A program made the position numbers and the translations under genes. Shown piece by piece: positions 20,992 through 31,203 of a DNA stretch of 64,000 bases (its first letter is position 1; the number at the start of each line of letters is the position of its first letter). This DNA comes from an uncultured virus (IMG/VR IMGVR_UViG_3300045257_000098). Lineage: Duplodnaviria; Heunggongvirae; Uroviricota; Caudoviricetes. The DNA is taken from the IMG/VR virus record IMGVR_UViG_3300045257_000098, one strand, 5' to 3'. Under the pieces are notes generated by a model. It saw only the letters and a list, made by a program, of their open reading frames with translations, did not search any database and was not told the origin of the DNA.

Positions 20992-22101
20992 ATGCCGCTC
21001 TCAGTCATCTTCGAGTACTTTTCCGGAAGAGACGTACGTCACTCGGGTGGAGGATCTCCCTGGTTATTCTTCACCTCATCGGATCAAACTTCCGTCACTT
21101 TGCCTTTAACTGCCAGAATCGCGGGAGCGGCAACCGTGACTGGGGTAGTTGCGGGCGCTGGATCCTTGGCAGCTGCGATCCAAGGAGCAGCTGATCAGAT
21201 CGTCGCTCCTGGATGGACGACCCTGGCAACTTCCACCCGTTCCGTCCAAGACCCAATAGCCGCTAATTCCCTTATAGGAAACCTCACGGGGCAGGGAGCG
21301 CTGGTCACCGCAATCACCGGAACGGGAACTTTGAGTGCCACTCTGGTCGGTGCAGGGGCCCTGATATCTACTGCTTTAGGCTCGGCTACCGTGACTCCCA
21401 ATCTCACTGGAGTGGGGAATCTGGCCATGACGGCGGCGGGTTTGGCTACCATTACGGCCAATCTCACCGGATCAGGTGCGCTCCAGTCGACCATGGCTGG
21501 GGTTGGGACTCTATCCGGGACGCTCACTGGCGCAGGAAATCTGGCCACGACCATGGCCGGATCAGCGACAGCCACCAGCACGTTAACGGGATCTGGGAAT
21601 ATAGCCACCACGATGGCGGGTGTGGGGACGCTTTCCGGGACTTTGAGTGGGGTTGGATCGCTTACGACCGTAATGGCAGGCACTGGGTTGTTGACTGCGA
21701 CCCTTAGCGGATCCGGGACTCTTTCTGTAGCGATTACGGGATTGGGATCGCTATCCGGGACTTTAGTAGGAGTTGGCGATTTATCTTCATTGATTACCGG
21801 AAGTGGGTCACTAACCGCGACCATTACTGCTATTGGTATTCTGACCCAAATCAGTGCGGCCATGCACGGGCAGGCGTTCATGACCGCTACTCCTGCCGGA
21901 CCCTACATCCCCCCGGGAACAACGGGACCATACACCTGGGAACCTATCGGGGCTAATGCGCTGGGAATATTGGGTACCCCAGAGGACGTTCCGGCCCCAG
22001 AACTAGTTCTGGGTGGAACGGCTCTGGTGGTAAACGGAGTCTTGGTTCCTTCTCCAGGACCGTCTACAATCGGGACTTACGGGTGGAAGGCACGAGGATG
22101 A
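20992..22101 (+). CDS. fibre-like protein with 20-aa Gly/Thr tandem repeats
   Basis: Roughly ten LTGxGxLxxTMAGxGTLSGT-like units. Confidence 0.65.
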   Translation: MPLSVIFEYFSGRDVRHSGGGSPWLFFTSSDQTSVTLPLTARIAGAATVTGVVAGAGSLAAAIQGAADQIVAPGWTTLATSTRSVQDPIAANSLIGNLTGQGALVTAITGTGTLSATLVGAGALISTALGSATVTPNLTGVGNLAMTAAGLATITANLTGSGALQSTMAGVGTLSGTLTGAGNLATTMAGSATATSTLTGSGNIATTMAGVGTLSGTLSGVGSLTTVMAGTGLLTATLSGSGTLSVAITGLGSLSGTLVGVGDLSSLITGSGSLTATITAIGILTQISAAMHGQAFMTATPAGPYIPPGTTGPYTWEPIGANALGILGTPEDVPAPELVLGGTALVVNGVLVPSPGPSTIGTYGWKARG

Positions 22102-22631
22102 GCTATCAGCCAACAGGGATTCAGGGATGGATGGGTGACGTGAAGGAGATCCCGTGGCTATTCGACACCGCGTCCCGGATGAGAAGCGTGGTAGAGATTG
22201 GCTGCTGGCGCGGAAGATCCACCCATGCCATTCTGAGCGGATGCCCCGGTCCCGTGTGGGCTGTGGATCATTTCCTGGGGTGCCCGGTCGAGCGCGATTC
22301 CAACCATTCAGACGCCAAGACCCAGGATATTAAGGCGCAGTTTTTAGCCAACGTAGGGATGTTCCCTAACCTGAAACTGTTGGCCATGGAATCCGGAGAG
22401 GCCGCTGAACATCTTGGCCCTGGATTCGAGGTGGACATGGTGTTCATCGATGCGGCTCATGAGTACGCGGATGTAAAGCGGGATTTGGAACTCTGGGCTC
22501 CCAAGGCCAGGAGGATAGTTAGTGGGCATGATTTTCAGGCCGGTGGGGTGAACAAAGCGGTGCTGGAGTATTTTGGACGCAATCCGGACGAAATTGCGGA
22601 TGGAGTGTGGGCGTACAGGATGTATAAATGA
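22098..22631 (+). CDS. class I SAM-dependent methyltransferase (Methyltransf_24-like)
   Basis: VVEIGCWRGRST, VDHF, VFIDAAHEYADVKRD, SGHDF motifs. Confidence 0.85.
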   Translation: MSYQPTGIQGWMGDVKEIPWLFDTASRMRSVVEIGCWRGRSTHAILSGCPGPVWAVDHFLGCPVERDSNHSDAKTQDIKAQFLANVGMFPNLKLLAMESGEAAEHLGPGFEVDMVFIDAAHEYADVKRDLELWAPKARRIVSGHDFQAGGVNKAVLEYFGRNPDEIADGVWAYRMYK

Positions 22632-23947
22632 GCGCGGTTACTGACCTCGCAGCGCGACTGTATGACCCTACTCAGCAGTTCTGGGGATCGTCAGAGCTGG
22701 TCGCGTACATCATCGAAGCCTTGCGCACGTGGAACGCCATGACCAACTTTTGGCGCAAGGAAATGATCTTCCCTACAGTGGCTGGGGATTGGTGGTACGA
22801 CATCCCATCGCAGGTGAACTCGATTCGCCCATACACTGTTCTTGACAATGACCTTTTGACCCAGATTGAGTTCCATCTACTGGAACCAACAACTGCCTCG
22901 TATCCACTCACTTGGACCGGCTCCAACCAGTTCGCTCTGGACGATATCCTGGGAGCACTTCAGCGGCGCAGGGATGAAACCCTATCGACCACCGGTTGCA
23001 CGGTCACCAGAAGCCTAGTAGGGGCAGCGCAGGCCACCAGAACCACCCTCCCGGATACGGTGATCGACATTCGCAGGGTGACGTGGTTGCCTGCGTCGAC
23101 ATTTACCAACGTGACGCTGCGCAGTTCAGACGACTTTGCCGAGGAGAGTTTCGATTACGGCTACACCACGGCAAGCCAGGCCCCGCCATCGACCTATCGC
23201 CAGACAACGCAACCACCACTAAGCTTTGATGTCGATACCGTACCGCCAGTGGCTGGACAGTACGAAATCCTCAGCGTATCGGCTGGAGGGCTACTCAACA
23301 CCACCAACCCCAGCCTTTTGGGCATCCCGGATGATTGGACGTGGGTTATTAAGTGGGGTGCCTTGGGCGATCTTCTGAACCGGGATTCGCTCTCGCGGGA
23401 TGCTCTACGGGCGGGATATTGCAAGCAGCGCTACATGGAGGGATTGGGCCTGTTATTCGATGCAGCGGCCATTCTCGCCCTGCGCATTCAGAACGTGCCG
23501 GTGGCCATCGACGCTGTCCGTAACGGGGATGATTTCGATGCCAACTGGCAGTCTGTGGCGGCAGGGCCACCGCTTCAGTGCTACTCGGCGGGACTGAACC
23601 TAATCGGATTGTCACCAGCGCCATCGAATGGCCCGTTCAGTGTGACGGCCAGCGTGGTGGAGAATGCGCCGATTCCGGCGAGTGCCGGGGATTTGATCCA
23701 GTTGAGCCGGGACGATTACGATGCGGTTCTGGATTATGCCCAGCACTTGGCCAGCTTCAAGATGGGAGGGGCCGAGTTTCTGGCTACAGTGCCGCTTTAT
23801 CAGGGGTTTCTGAAACGCGCCAGCCTGTACAACTCGAAACTATCGCAATTGGGCCAATTCCAGAAGGGCATATACGAGATGGCGCAACTGGAACAAGAGC
23901 GCAACCCAGTCTACAGCACGGAGACACCGAGGAGTTCAGGTGATTAA
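22628..23947 (+). CDS. putative tail adaptor/structural protein
   Basis: LYDPTQQFWGSSELVAYIIEALR N-terminus, IPDDWTWVIKWGAL; precedes the nozzle-like gene. Confidence 0.5.
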   Translation: MSAVTDLAARLYDPTQQFWGSSELVAYIIEALRTWNAMTNFWRKEMIFPTVAGDWWYDIPSQVNSIRPYTVLDNDLLTQIEFHLLEPTTASYPLTWTGSNQFALDDILGALQRRRDETLSTTGCTVTRSLVGAAQATRTTLPDTVIDIRRVTWLPASTFTNVTLRSSDDFAEESFDYGYTTASQAPPSTYRQTTQPPLSFDVDTVPPVAGQYEILSVSAGGLLNTTNPSLLGIPDDWTWVIKWGALGDLLNRDSLSRDALRAGYCKQRYMEGLGLLFDAAAILALRIQNVPVAIDAVRNGDDFDANWQSVAAGPPLQCYSAGLNLIGLSPAPSNGPFSVTASVVENAPIPASAGDLIQLSRDDYDAVLDYAQHLASFKMGGAEFLATVPLYQGFLKRASLYNSKLSQLGQFQKGIYEMAQLEQERNPVYSTETPRSSGD

Positions 23948-24042
23948 AGGCCGATTCACCGGGGTCCCGGAGTCTCGTAACTTCCGGGAAGGCGTATCGA
24001 GCACCCGTGGCCCAGTGTTCGGCCCTCATTCAGGAGTCTATC

Positions 24043-27000
24043 ATGGCTGACGGTACACGCAATCAGGAGTACAAACGGCCACCGGGGTTTCGGTTCGTCC
24101 TCGGTGGTGTGGACGTTTCCGATGAGCCCGATGCCTTGCAGTTTCCGAAACAAGCCTCGGCAAAGAACGTCCGCTCCACTTTGGGTGGTGCAGGGATCCA
24201 GACCCGCCCCGGATACGAATTGCTATTTGGTGGTCTGGGACCGGTAACTGACATTCGCGCCTACACCACCCTTGGAACCGATGATCTGCCACGTCTCCTC
24301 GCTCGAGATTCGGGCGGCCAGGTTGGTCTGGATACTGGGGCAGTTATCACAACCCTCAGCGGTTCCTCTATTGGGGGAGCATCAATGATCCCGTTCCGGC
24401 CAGGAGCCAGCCCTGAATCCTGGATGTACGTGGCTGGTCTCGGGGACTACCAGAAAATCTCGAGTCCTGGGCTAGGGCCGGTTACGGCAAAAGTTGGCAT
24501 TGCCGAGCCGCAGGCGGCTTGTGAGGCTATTCCTTGGACTACCTGCTGGAACTACTTCCTGGGAGCGGCCGGGGACTGGGCTGCGACCGGAACAGCTGGT
24601 GGCGTGGGCGGTGGTGGAAATCTGGTCAACGATACTGCCGTAGCGGTCTTTCCGCTCAACGGAGATAGGATCGCCATTCGCGTGGCTTTTACGCAAGGAT
24701 TCTTCGAGGGAGAGTTCCTTAGCTTTGGCGGAGGAACCAATTTTGCCACCGTGCAGGATGTTCTGCCGGCGATTGGTACGAACCTTACAGTACAGAGCGT
24801 TTTCTACTATTCTGGGACTACTGGCAAGTGCGTCATCGTTCCCTCGCAGTTGCCTATCGGGGAGGTTCCTGGAACTCTCGGCCTGGTGCGCCGTGGTGCC
24901 ATCGTTACCATCGGGGGAGAGAGCGTGGTGGTTACTGGATCAACCCTGGGTCCCGATGGCAGCGTGGCGTTTTACTGCACCACCGTGGGCACGGTGGCCG
25001 TAGGGGCCACCATCGTAGGGCATCCCTCCATCGTGGTAGAGGTTTCGCCAGCGGTAGTGGGTGGCACGATTCAGGTTCCGGCTCTCAGTTCTACGGTTAC
25101 CACGGGCGTGGGAATGGTAAGCCAAACTCTGGCAACCAGCCCGTTTGCCAATCTACTCACTGGCGGATCAAACCCGCCATACCCGCAGGCGGATGATTAC
25201 GTGCATCTGGTGATCAGTGTTTCCGATGCCAAGTTGGTAACGGAATTAGACATTATTTTCAACACCGGGGCAGCACCACCGGATTTTGTATCGCAGACCT
25301 ACACGTTCACCACCACGGCTTTAAAGACCGGATTGCAGGAGATCCACTTCCCCATCTCGTCTCTTGTCCCAAACTCTTCTACCGCTACTCTCGCGGACCT
25401 CATGAGTTGCAATGGCATACAACTGAAAATAACTGTTAAAGATGCCGTGGCCATGGTTTGGGGCAGTCTGTGGCTGGGTGGAGGTGGCCAACCTGATATC
25501 GGAGATGCCGGAGCGCCTTACGTTTACCGGGCGGTTCCGAGATCGAGCCTGACAGGAGCCAAGGGGAATGCCAGCCCTACGATGCGCTATCAGGTGAATG
25601 TGCGGCGCCAGAATGTTCGCGTGTTCCCGCCATCGGCTACCTACGACTCCCAAATCGACACCTGGGATATATTCCGCGCTGGCGGGAGCGTTCCTGGGAC
25701 GCCAGATAATCCGGGAGGATATCGCTACCTGGGAAGCGTTCCGGCCACTGCGGGAGTGAGTTTCCTGGATTCGTATTTTGATGATGCGGCTCTGGATGGT
25801 CTGGCACTGGAAACGAACAACTTCGAGCCATGGCCATCCATCGACATCCCCTTTACGGTTGGTAACGCGGATATTCGGGGAACGGTGATCCTGGTAAACC
25901 TGAGCCCACCGGCCACAATCACCCGATGGCTTCCCGGTACGTTGGTCACGGTCACGGCCCTTGGAGATTCCGCCCGGGGACGTTCCAGCCGCACGTTCAC
26001 CTTGTGGAACCGCCCTACTCTGGTGACAGGATCGACATGGTTGTTTCAGTTGGAGGAATCAGCCAACGCGGCAACCGGATTGACCTTCCAAGTTCAGGAG
26101 CCGGATGTGGCACGGCAACCAGTGCCGTGGATGTTCGGACCAAACGCGCAGGGAAACATATTTGCTGTGGGGGACGCACTTCGTCCCGGTGTGGTCTACT
26201 TCTGCAAGGCCAACCAGCCCGATTCGGCTCCAGATGCGAATGTCCTGGATTTAACCCCACCGAGCGAACCGCTGATCGGTGGTGAGTGCGTCGACGGCGT
26301 GGCGCTCGTAGCCTCTACTGAACGCTGGTGGGCACTCTATCCCAGTTTCAATTCTCCGGGACAGCCCTACACGCAGATCGAGCGGCCGGTTGGCCGTGGC
26401 ATGATCGCTCCCTATGGGCACTGTACCGATGGGATGCGGATCTTCTTCTGGACCAAAGACGGCATCTGGACTACGGTCGGTGGCCCCGGGCAGAGCCTTA
26501 CCGACGCCGATCTCTACCCACTATTTCCGCATGAGGGAGTTCAAGGTCAGGACATCGTGCGCAATGGCGTCACCTATTATGCTCCGGATTATAACCGTGC
26601 GGCGGAGTTTCGGCTGGAGTACGCCAACGGCTACATCTACGCCGACTATCCAGGATCAAATGGGCCAGCCACTCTGGTCTGCGATGTCCGCTCCGGCGCA
26701 TGGGTAACGGATATTTACGCCAACCCGATGACCGTTCATTATGCGCTCGAACAGCAATCTGGTTCGCTCACATCTGGTGCAGGGATTACATACGATACGG
26801 TGGTGATGGGAGACTCGGCGGGGAATGTATATCGGGAGGTGGATTGCGTAAACGATGCCGGAATGCCCATAAACTGCATCGTGGCAACTCCCGAGTGGAA
26901 CGGCGGCGATGAACGGGCAGGCAAGCAGTGGGGGGATCTCTACGTCGACTGTGTTCCCAGGAATGGATTGACCATCACCCCTACCAGTATGGGAACGGCA

Positions 27001-27117
27001 ACCAGTTCACCTACTGTTGTGCTCTCCAGCAATGCCCGCAACTTTGTGCCAGTTAGCGTCGGCGGCGGAGAACTTGAAACCTTCCTTGGCCTTGTCCTCG
27101 AATGGACTGAGCCATGA
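24043..27117 (+). CDS. putative tail nozzle/DNA-stabilisation protein with inserted domains
   Basis: AGGAG RBS; AKNVR...IQTRPGY start and beta-propeller-like C-half (VYFCKANQPDS, IFFWTKDGIW) like P22 gp10/T7 gp12-type proteins. Confidence 0.55.
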   Translation: MADGTRNQEYKRPPGFRFVLGGVDVSDEPDALQFPKQASAKNVRSTLGGAGIQTRPGYELLFGGLGPVTDIRAYTTLGTDDLPRLLARDSGGQVGLDTGAVITTLSGSSIGGASMIPFRPGASPESWMYVAGLGDYQKISSPGLGPVTAKVGIAEPQAACEAIPWTTCWNYFLGAAGDWAATGTAGGVGGGGNLVNDTAVAVFPLNGDRIAIRVAFTQGFFEGEFLSFGGGTNFATVQDVLPAIGTNLTVQSVFYYSGTTGKCVIVPSQLPIGEVPGTLGLVRRGAIVTIGGESVVVTGSTLGPDGSVAFYCTTVGTVAVGATIVGHPSIVVEVSPAVVGGTIQVPALSSTVTTGVGMVSQTLATSPFANLLTGGSNPPYPQADDYVHLVISVSDAKLVTELDIIFNTGAAPPDFVSQTYTFTTTALKTGLQEIHFPISSLVPNSSTATLADLMSCNGIQLKITVKDAVAMVWGSLWLGGGGQPDIGDAGAPYVYRAVPRSSLTGAKGNASPTMRYQVNVRRQNVRVFPPSATYDSQIDTWDIFRAGGSVPGTPDNPGGYRYLGSVPATAGVSFLDSYFDDAALDGLALETNNFEPWPSIDIPFTVGNADIRGTVILVNLSPPATITRWLPGTLVTVTALGDSARGRSSRTFTLWNRPTLVTGSTWLFQLEESANAATGLTFQVQEPDVARQPVPWMFGPNAQGNIFAVGDALRPGVVYFCKANQPDSAPDANVLDLTPPSEPLIGGECVDGVALVASTERWWALYPSFNSPGQPYTQIERPVGRGMIAPYGHCTDGMRIFFWTKDGIWTTVGGPGQSLTDADLYPLFPHEGVQGQDIVRNGVTYYAPDYNRAAEFRLEYANGYIYADYPGSNGPATLVCDVRSGAWVTDIYANPMTVHYALEQQSGSLTSGAGITYDTVVMGDSAGNVYREVDCVNDAGMPINCIVATPEWNGGDERAGKQWGDLYVDCVPRNGLTITPTSMGTATSSPTVVLSSNARNFVPVSVGGGELETFLGLVLEWTEP

Positions 27118-29435
27118 GCTTTACCTTCCCGCCTTCGCCGCAGGGATTCGGTTACCAGCAGAACGGGAATAATCCCGTCATCAACATGGGGGCGGCGGAT
27201 TACGTCTTTCTGTTTGAGTCCAACGTGGACAATGGCGGGGATGGCAAGATCCACGTTTTTAAGCGCCTTGCAGCCGCTACTACATGGGTGGTTCAGGATG
27301 ATGCCAATGCGGTCTATATTGATGTAGCCCCGTATTTGCCGAATACGGGGAATGTTCAGCACTGCTGCTGGGGGGATCCAACAAATACCACTATTTTCCT
27401 TCTCGTATTGAAGCAATCCGGATCATCTCCTACCGTGAGTCTGGACGGATGGGATTTGTTTTCGTTCTCTACCACTACCGACACATGGAACTCAGCCGGA
27501 GCGATCATTCACTCCTACACGAATGGCGTGGGTGGAACCACCCTGCAATATCTGCGGGGGAACTCTGGGGGCCTGTCACAGAACGCTGAACAGGCGTTCC
27601 TGACGATGTGGACCCGTGGCCCCGGGGATTACATGTTCCTGTACTCCGGGACGCCCCAGAATATCCTAGGAGTCAATTACGGGAGACTCTACTATTCCAC
27701 CTTCGACGGAACGACTTTCGGAGCGTCGGTCATCCTCCCGGATCAGACAGGGAACGCCTACTGCGGAGTGGGTGGGTGCCACGATGCCACCAACGGGGAT
27801 GACCACTTTTTCGGGATCGAGTATACCTCCGCCAAAACGCTGATCCATTGGGGGTTGCATAGCGGCAGTTTTGGCACCACGCAAGTGGTGAATACAGCGT
27901 TCCCCACCGGTATCTACTACACTACGCTACTCACGGCGTTGGGCAGCATGTGCCCGCCAGCGATCTATACCAATGGGGCGAGTGTCGAGAAAATAGCCAT
28001 TGCCGGGGAGTTCTGGAATGAGCCCTTTGACGGCAATCAGGTGTTGGTGGCATTTACCGCAGATGTGGCGCAGGATCCGACTTGGTCAGCCGCAGTGGTC
28101 AACTTGGGTTCTGATGACACCAGTTTCAACGCGCCCTCGCATTCTGATGAGAACCTGTTCCCTGTGATGCAGGGGATCACTTCATTTCCACAACAGTCCA
28201 TGGCTCTTGCGATCGGCGCGGATCATGTTCTCCATATGTACTGGCTAGTAACCGATGACACCACTTTCCTGGGGCATGTGGTGGGTGCCTCCTCAAGCGA
28301 TGATGGAGCCACATGGGGAGTCACCGCCAATGTTTTCGATGCGCTAGACCTCGCCAGCAACGACAACTCCATGGTGGAGGTTTACGCATGGGCGCAGGCC
28401 GGTGGTGGGGTTGGGCTTATCGCATCGCAGTTGGCTGAGAGTGACTTTTCTGAGGCCACGCAATACTTGGGATTTGCTGCCCCTTCGCCGACCTGTTCCC
28501 TCGGATCAGTGATCACCGGGTCCACGGTAACCCTGACTTGGACAACCGTCAACAACCCCACTTCGGCCACTATCGACCAGGGAATCGGCCCCGTAGATCC
28601 CACTGGTGGATCACTGGTAATCCCACTTCCCGGTGGTGCGACGACATATCACCTCACGGTATCGAACGATAGTGGAAGTTCCAACTGCCAGACCACGGTA
28701 ACGCCACCAGCCCCGCCAGTCGTTGGCGGATGTCGCACGATCCTCATGCTTTGGCAGGGATCGTTTGTCTCCAAACCTGAGGTCTCGAAAGACCGATTTG
28801 GGGACTGGGACGATGGGGGCACGAACCACCTGAAGTTCTATCAGGGATTTCGGATGAAGGCCGACACGTTCGGGGTAGCCAAGTCTATCCTGGTACGGGA
28901 CGCGGATGCCTTCACGTTGCACAACATTCAGCCAGCCACGGTGCAGCACTCGGGTGAGGTCACCCATGCATATTCTTTCGATACGCCATTTTATGCCCAT
29001 CAGGTGCGTGATGAACCGCAGGATCTGGTGGCTTGGCGCCGGTTCGGGATCGAATGGGTATTCGAACTTGCTCCGGAAAACGTACGCACCTGGCAGACGC
29101 AGCGCACGGCGCATGGCATCACCGGATACCAGCACATCTCGCGGATTGAAGCGGCTTGGAGTGCAACGGCCGATGTCACGCTTACCATATCCAGCTTCGA
29201 TGGGCAATCCCCTGGACCGCTAACTTTGGCGTCGACTGGAGGCGTCAAACAGAAGATCCTATTGACCTTAACACCCAACAAAGGCACCCTATATAGTTAC
29301 CGGGCTATTTCATCCGCTCCATTTCAGTTATGGCTAGGAGACTGGGTGATCTGGGTCGGGGCATGGGATCGGCAAGGGCCGTACATGGCATATCGGAATC
29401 TCGGGGGTGAGTTTGGCGATGCCGCAAGCATCTAA
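27114..29435 (+). CDS. large tail protein (propeller-like + Ig-like + C-terminal beta domains)
   Basis: Asp-box-like SSSDDGATW, Ig-like VTLTWTT...TTYHLTVSN. Confidence 0.55.
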   Translation: MSFTFPPSPQGFGYQQNGNNPVINMGAADYVFLFESNVDNGGDGKIHVFKRLAAATTWVVQDDANAVYIDVAPYLPNTGNVQHCCWGDPTNTTIFLLVLKQSGSSPTVSLDGWDLFSFSTTTDTWNSAGAIIHSYTNGVGGTTLQYLRGNSGGLSQNAEQAFLTMWTRGPGDYMFLYSGTPQNILGVNYGRLYYSTFDGTTFGASVILPDQTGNAYCGVGGCHDATNGDDHFFGIEYTSAKTLIHWGLHSGSFGTTQVVNTAFPTGIYYTTLLTALGSMCPPAIYTNGASVEKIAIAGEFWNEPFDGNQVLVAFTADVAQDPTWSAAVVNLGSDDTSFNAPSHSDENLFPVMQGITSFPQQSMALAIGADHVLHMYWLVTDDTTFLGHVVGASSSDDGATWGVTANVFDALDLASNDNSMVEVYAWAQAGGGVGLIASQLAESDFSEATQYLGFAAPSPTCSLGSVITGSTVTLTWTTVNNPTSATIDQGIGPVDPTGGSLVIPLPGGATTYHLTVSNDSGSSNCQTTVTPPAPPVVGGCRTILMLWQGSFVSKPEVSKDRFGDWDDGGTNHLKFYQGFRMKADTFGVAKSILVRDADAFTLHNIQPATVQHSGEVTHAYSFDTPFYAHQVRDEPQDLVAWRRFGIEWVFELAPENVRTWQTQRTAHGITGYQHISRIEAAWSATADVTLTISSFDGQSPGPLTLASTGGVKQKILLTLTPNKGTLYSYRAISSAPFQLWLGDWVIWVGAWDRQGPYMAYRNLGGEFGDAASI

Positions 29436-29691
29436 CCGGAACGGCGACTGGCGCCCATCCCTATCGGGGAAGGTCGACAACTCCGTCGACGTGGCCTTCC
29501 GGGTGGCCTTCGATAACCTCTACACTTTGCGGGATCAGGCCAACGCCAACAACTCCACGCTTCAGGGGCTTGTGGATAGAGTCGCTGGACTGTCTTTGAA
29601 CGTGAAGACCCAAGTGGTGCAGTACAAAGATTGGAACGGGAACAACCAGTCGGTCACCGTGGTCACCGGGGTGACGTTGAGGAATGGCTGA
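29419..29691 (+). CDS. hypothetical tail-region protein
   Basis: 90 aa with short coiled coil, coupled to next gene. Confidence 0.5.
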   Translation: MPQASNRNGDWRPSLSGKVDNSVDVAFRVAFDNLYTLRDQANANNSTLQGLVDRVAGLSLNVKTQVVQYKDWNGNNQSVTVVTGVTLRNG

Positions 29692-30011
29692 TGGATCGAC
29701 CACTTCCAGGATTCCCTTGTCACGCGACGACCAAAAAGATCCTAGTGACCAACCACAGCGGGCCCGTGAGCTACCCTACCGGAGGCGAGACGTTGAGCCT
29801 GCGACCGCTAGGATTGGCAGGAGCAGATTGGATGGGGCAGTGGGCAAACTCGCTCAGTGGGCTTTACTATGCACTGGTGTTCCTGCCAGTTAAGCCGGGT
29901 CCGGTAAGCCAGGTCACTGTGCAGTGGTTCTCTTGGGCAGGCGGAGGCGAGGCGGCGAATGGAACAGATCTGTCTGGGGAAACTCTCAGGCTGATGATCG
30001 TGGGGGTATAA
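29691..30011 (+). CDS. paralog of the 14041-14385 virion protein
   Basis: KILVTNHSGPVSYPTGGET...QWFS...EAANGTDLSGETLRLMIVG. Confidence 0.65.
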   Translation: MDRPLPGFPCHATTKKILVTNHSGPVSYPTGGETLSLRPLGLAGADWMGQWANSLSGLYYALVFLPVKPGPVSQVTVQWFSWAGGGEAANGTDLSGETLRLMIVGV

Positions 30012-30012
30012 G

Positions 30013-31203
30013 GTGAATAAATTACTGATAACTTTCCTGCTGTTTGTGGGAATGTCCTATGGCGCTCCTGGATTCTGGGCGCGGCAAGTAGGAACGCTGG
30101 CCAATATCCCTGCCACTTGTGCGACAGGTGATCTATATTTTCGTACTGATACAACCCCTGGCACGAATTTGTATGAATGTAACGCTAATACCTGGACCCA
30201 GTCGAGTGGTGGAGGAGGAGGAAGTGGCACAGTAAGCTCCGCCACGATTGGCCAGGTTGCGGTTTACACTGGAGCGACGACGGTGGGAGGGAATGCAGAT
30301 TTTACTTTTGACTCTACGGGAAAGAAACTAAACATAGGCGCCGCGTTGGACCCTAGTAGTTTTGCGTTTGGCAATCGGTTGAACGTAATAGGGTACACGA
30401 CCGATACCAGCTTTATCAACTCCGTTCAGGCGACCGTATATACACCTATTGCACTTGTGAGTGGGCCTACAGCAAATTACTTTTACACGGAACTGAATGG
30501 AACATTTGGGTATTCTAATAACCCAGTCGCGCTATCGTCTTCCTTGGATTACAATTCTACGGGAGCAAGTACATTTTCCTCCCAAGCTCCTAGTATGGCT
30601 ATTTTTGGAACAGCTAATCTTAACGGTGCCGCGTCCATAACGGGCTCCTTAGTCGGGGTTGAGGGTTCCGCACAGGTTCAGGTTGGGTCACTCACAAACG
30701 CAGTAGGTGTTTGGGGATGGGTTGGAAATTATGGGACTGCGATATCTAGCAAGACGGCGGCATTTTATGCCCAGGCTACTACAACGGGTGGCACTTGGGG
30801 GGCGAGTGCGTTCAATGTGGCTTATTTCAACGAGAATCAAACCGGAATTGCCGGCGTCGGCAAAGACTTTGCGTGGTACTCGGAAGGCGGCACGAATCAC
30901 CTGGAGACTGGATCAGACGCTACGGTGGGGGCGGAGATCGAGCAACATTCTGCTACTCAATCTGCGGACTTATTGAGAGTATTAGCTAGTGATGGCACGA
31001 CGGTTTTATCGGCTCCTGCTGATTCGACTGGGGCAGGAAGGGATTTATCAGTAGCTTTTTCTAGTCTTGGGACTCCAGCTAACGCAACTCGTAAATATTG
31101 CTCAGATTGCAAGGTTACTAGCGGTGTTGATGACACATGCACTAATACAGGAAGTGGAGCAATGGCGCTCAGAATCAATGGAGCATGGAAATGCGTGCAA
31201 TAG
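30013..31203 (+). CDS. signal-peptide-bearing fibre-like protein
   Basis: MNKLLITFLLFVGMSYG-AP; PATCATGDLYFRTD...LYEC; GGGGGGSGTV linker; C-terminal YCSDC...C...NGAWKC. Confidence 0.6.
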   Translation: MNKLLITFLLFVGMSYGAPGFWARQVGTLANIPATCATGDLYFRTDTTPGTNLYECNANTWTQSSGGGGGSGTVSSATIGQVAVYTGATTVGGNADFTFDSTGKKLNIGAALDPSSFAFGNRLNVIGYTTDTSFINSVQATVYTPIALVSGPTANYFYTELNGTFGYSNNPVALSSSLDYNSTGASTFSSQAPSMAIFGTANLNGAASITGSLVGVEGSAQVQVGSLTNAVGVWGWVGNYGTAISSKTAAFYAQATTTGGTWGASAFNVAYFNENQTGIAGVGKDFAWYSEGGTNHLETGSDATVGAEIEQHSATQSADLLRVLASDGTTVLSAPADSTGAGRDLSVAFSSLGTPANATRKYCSDCKVTSGVDDTCTNTGSGAMALRINGAWKCVQ

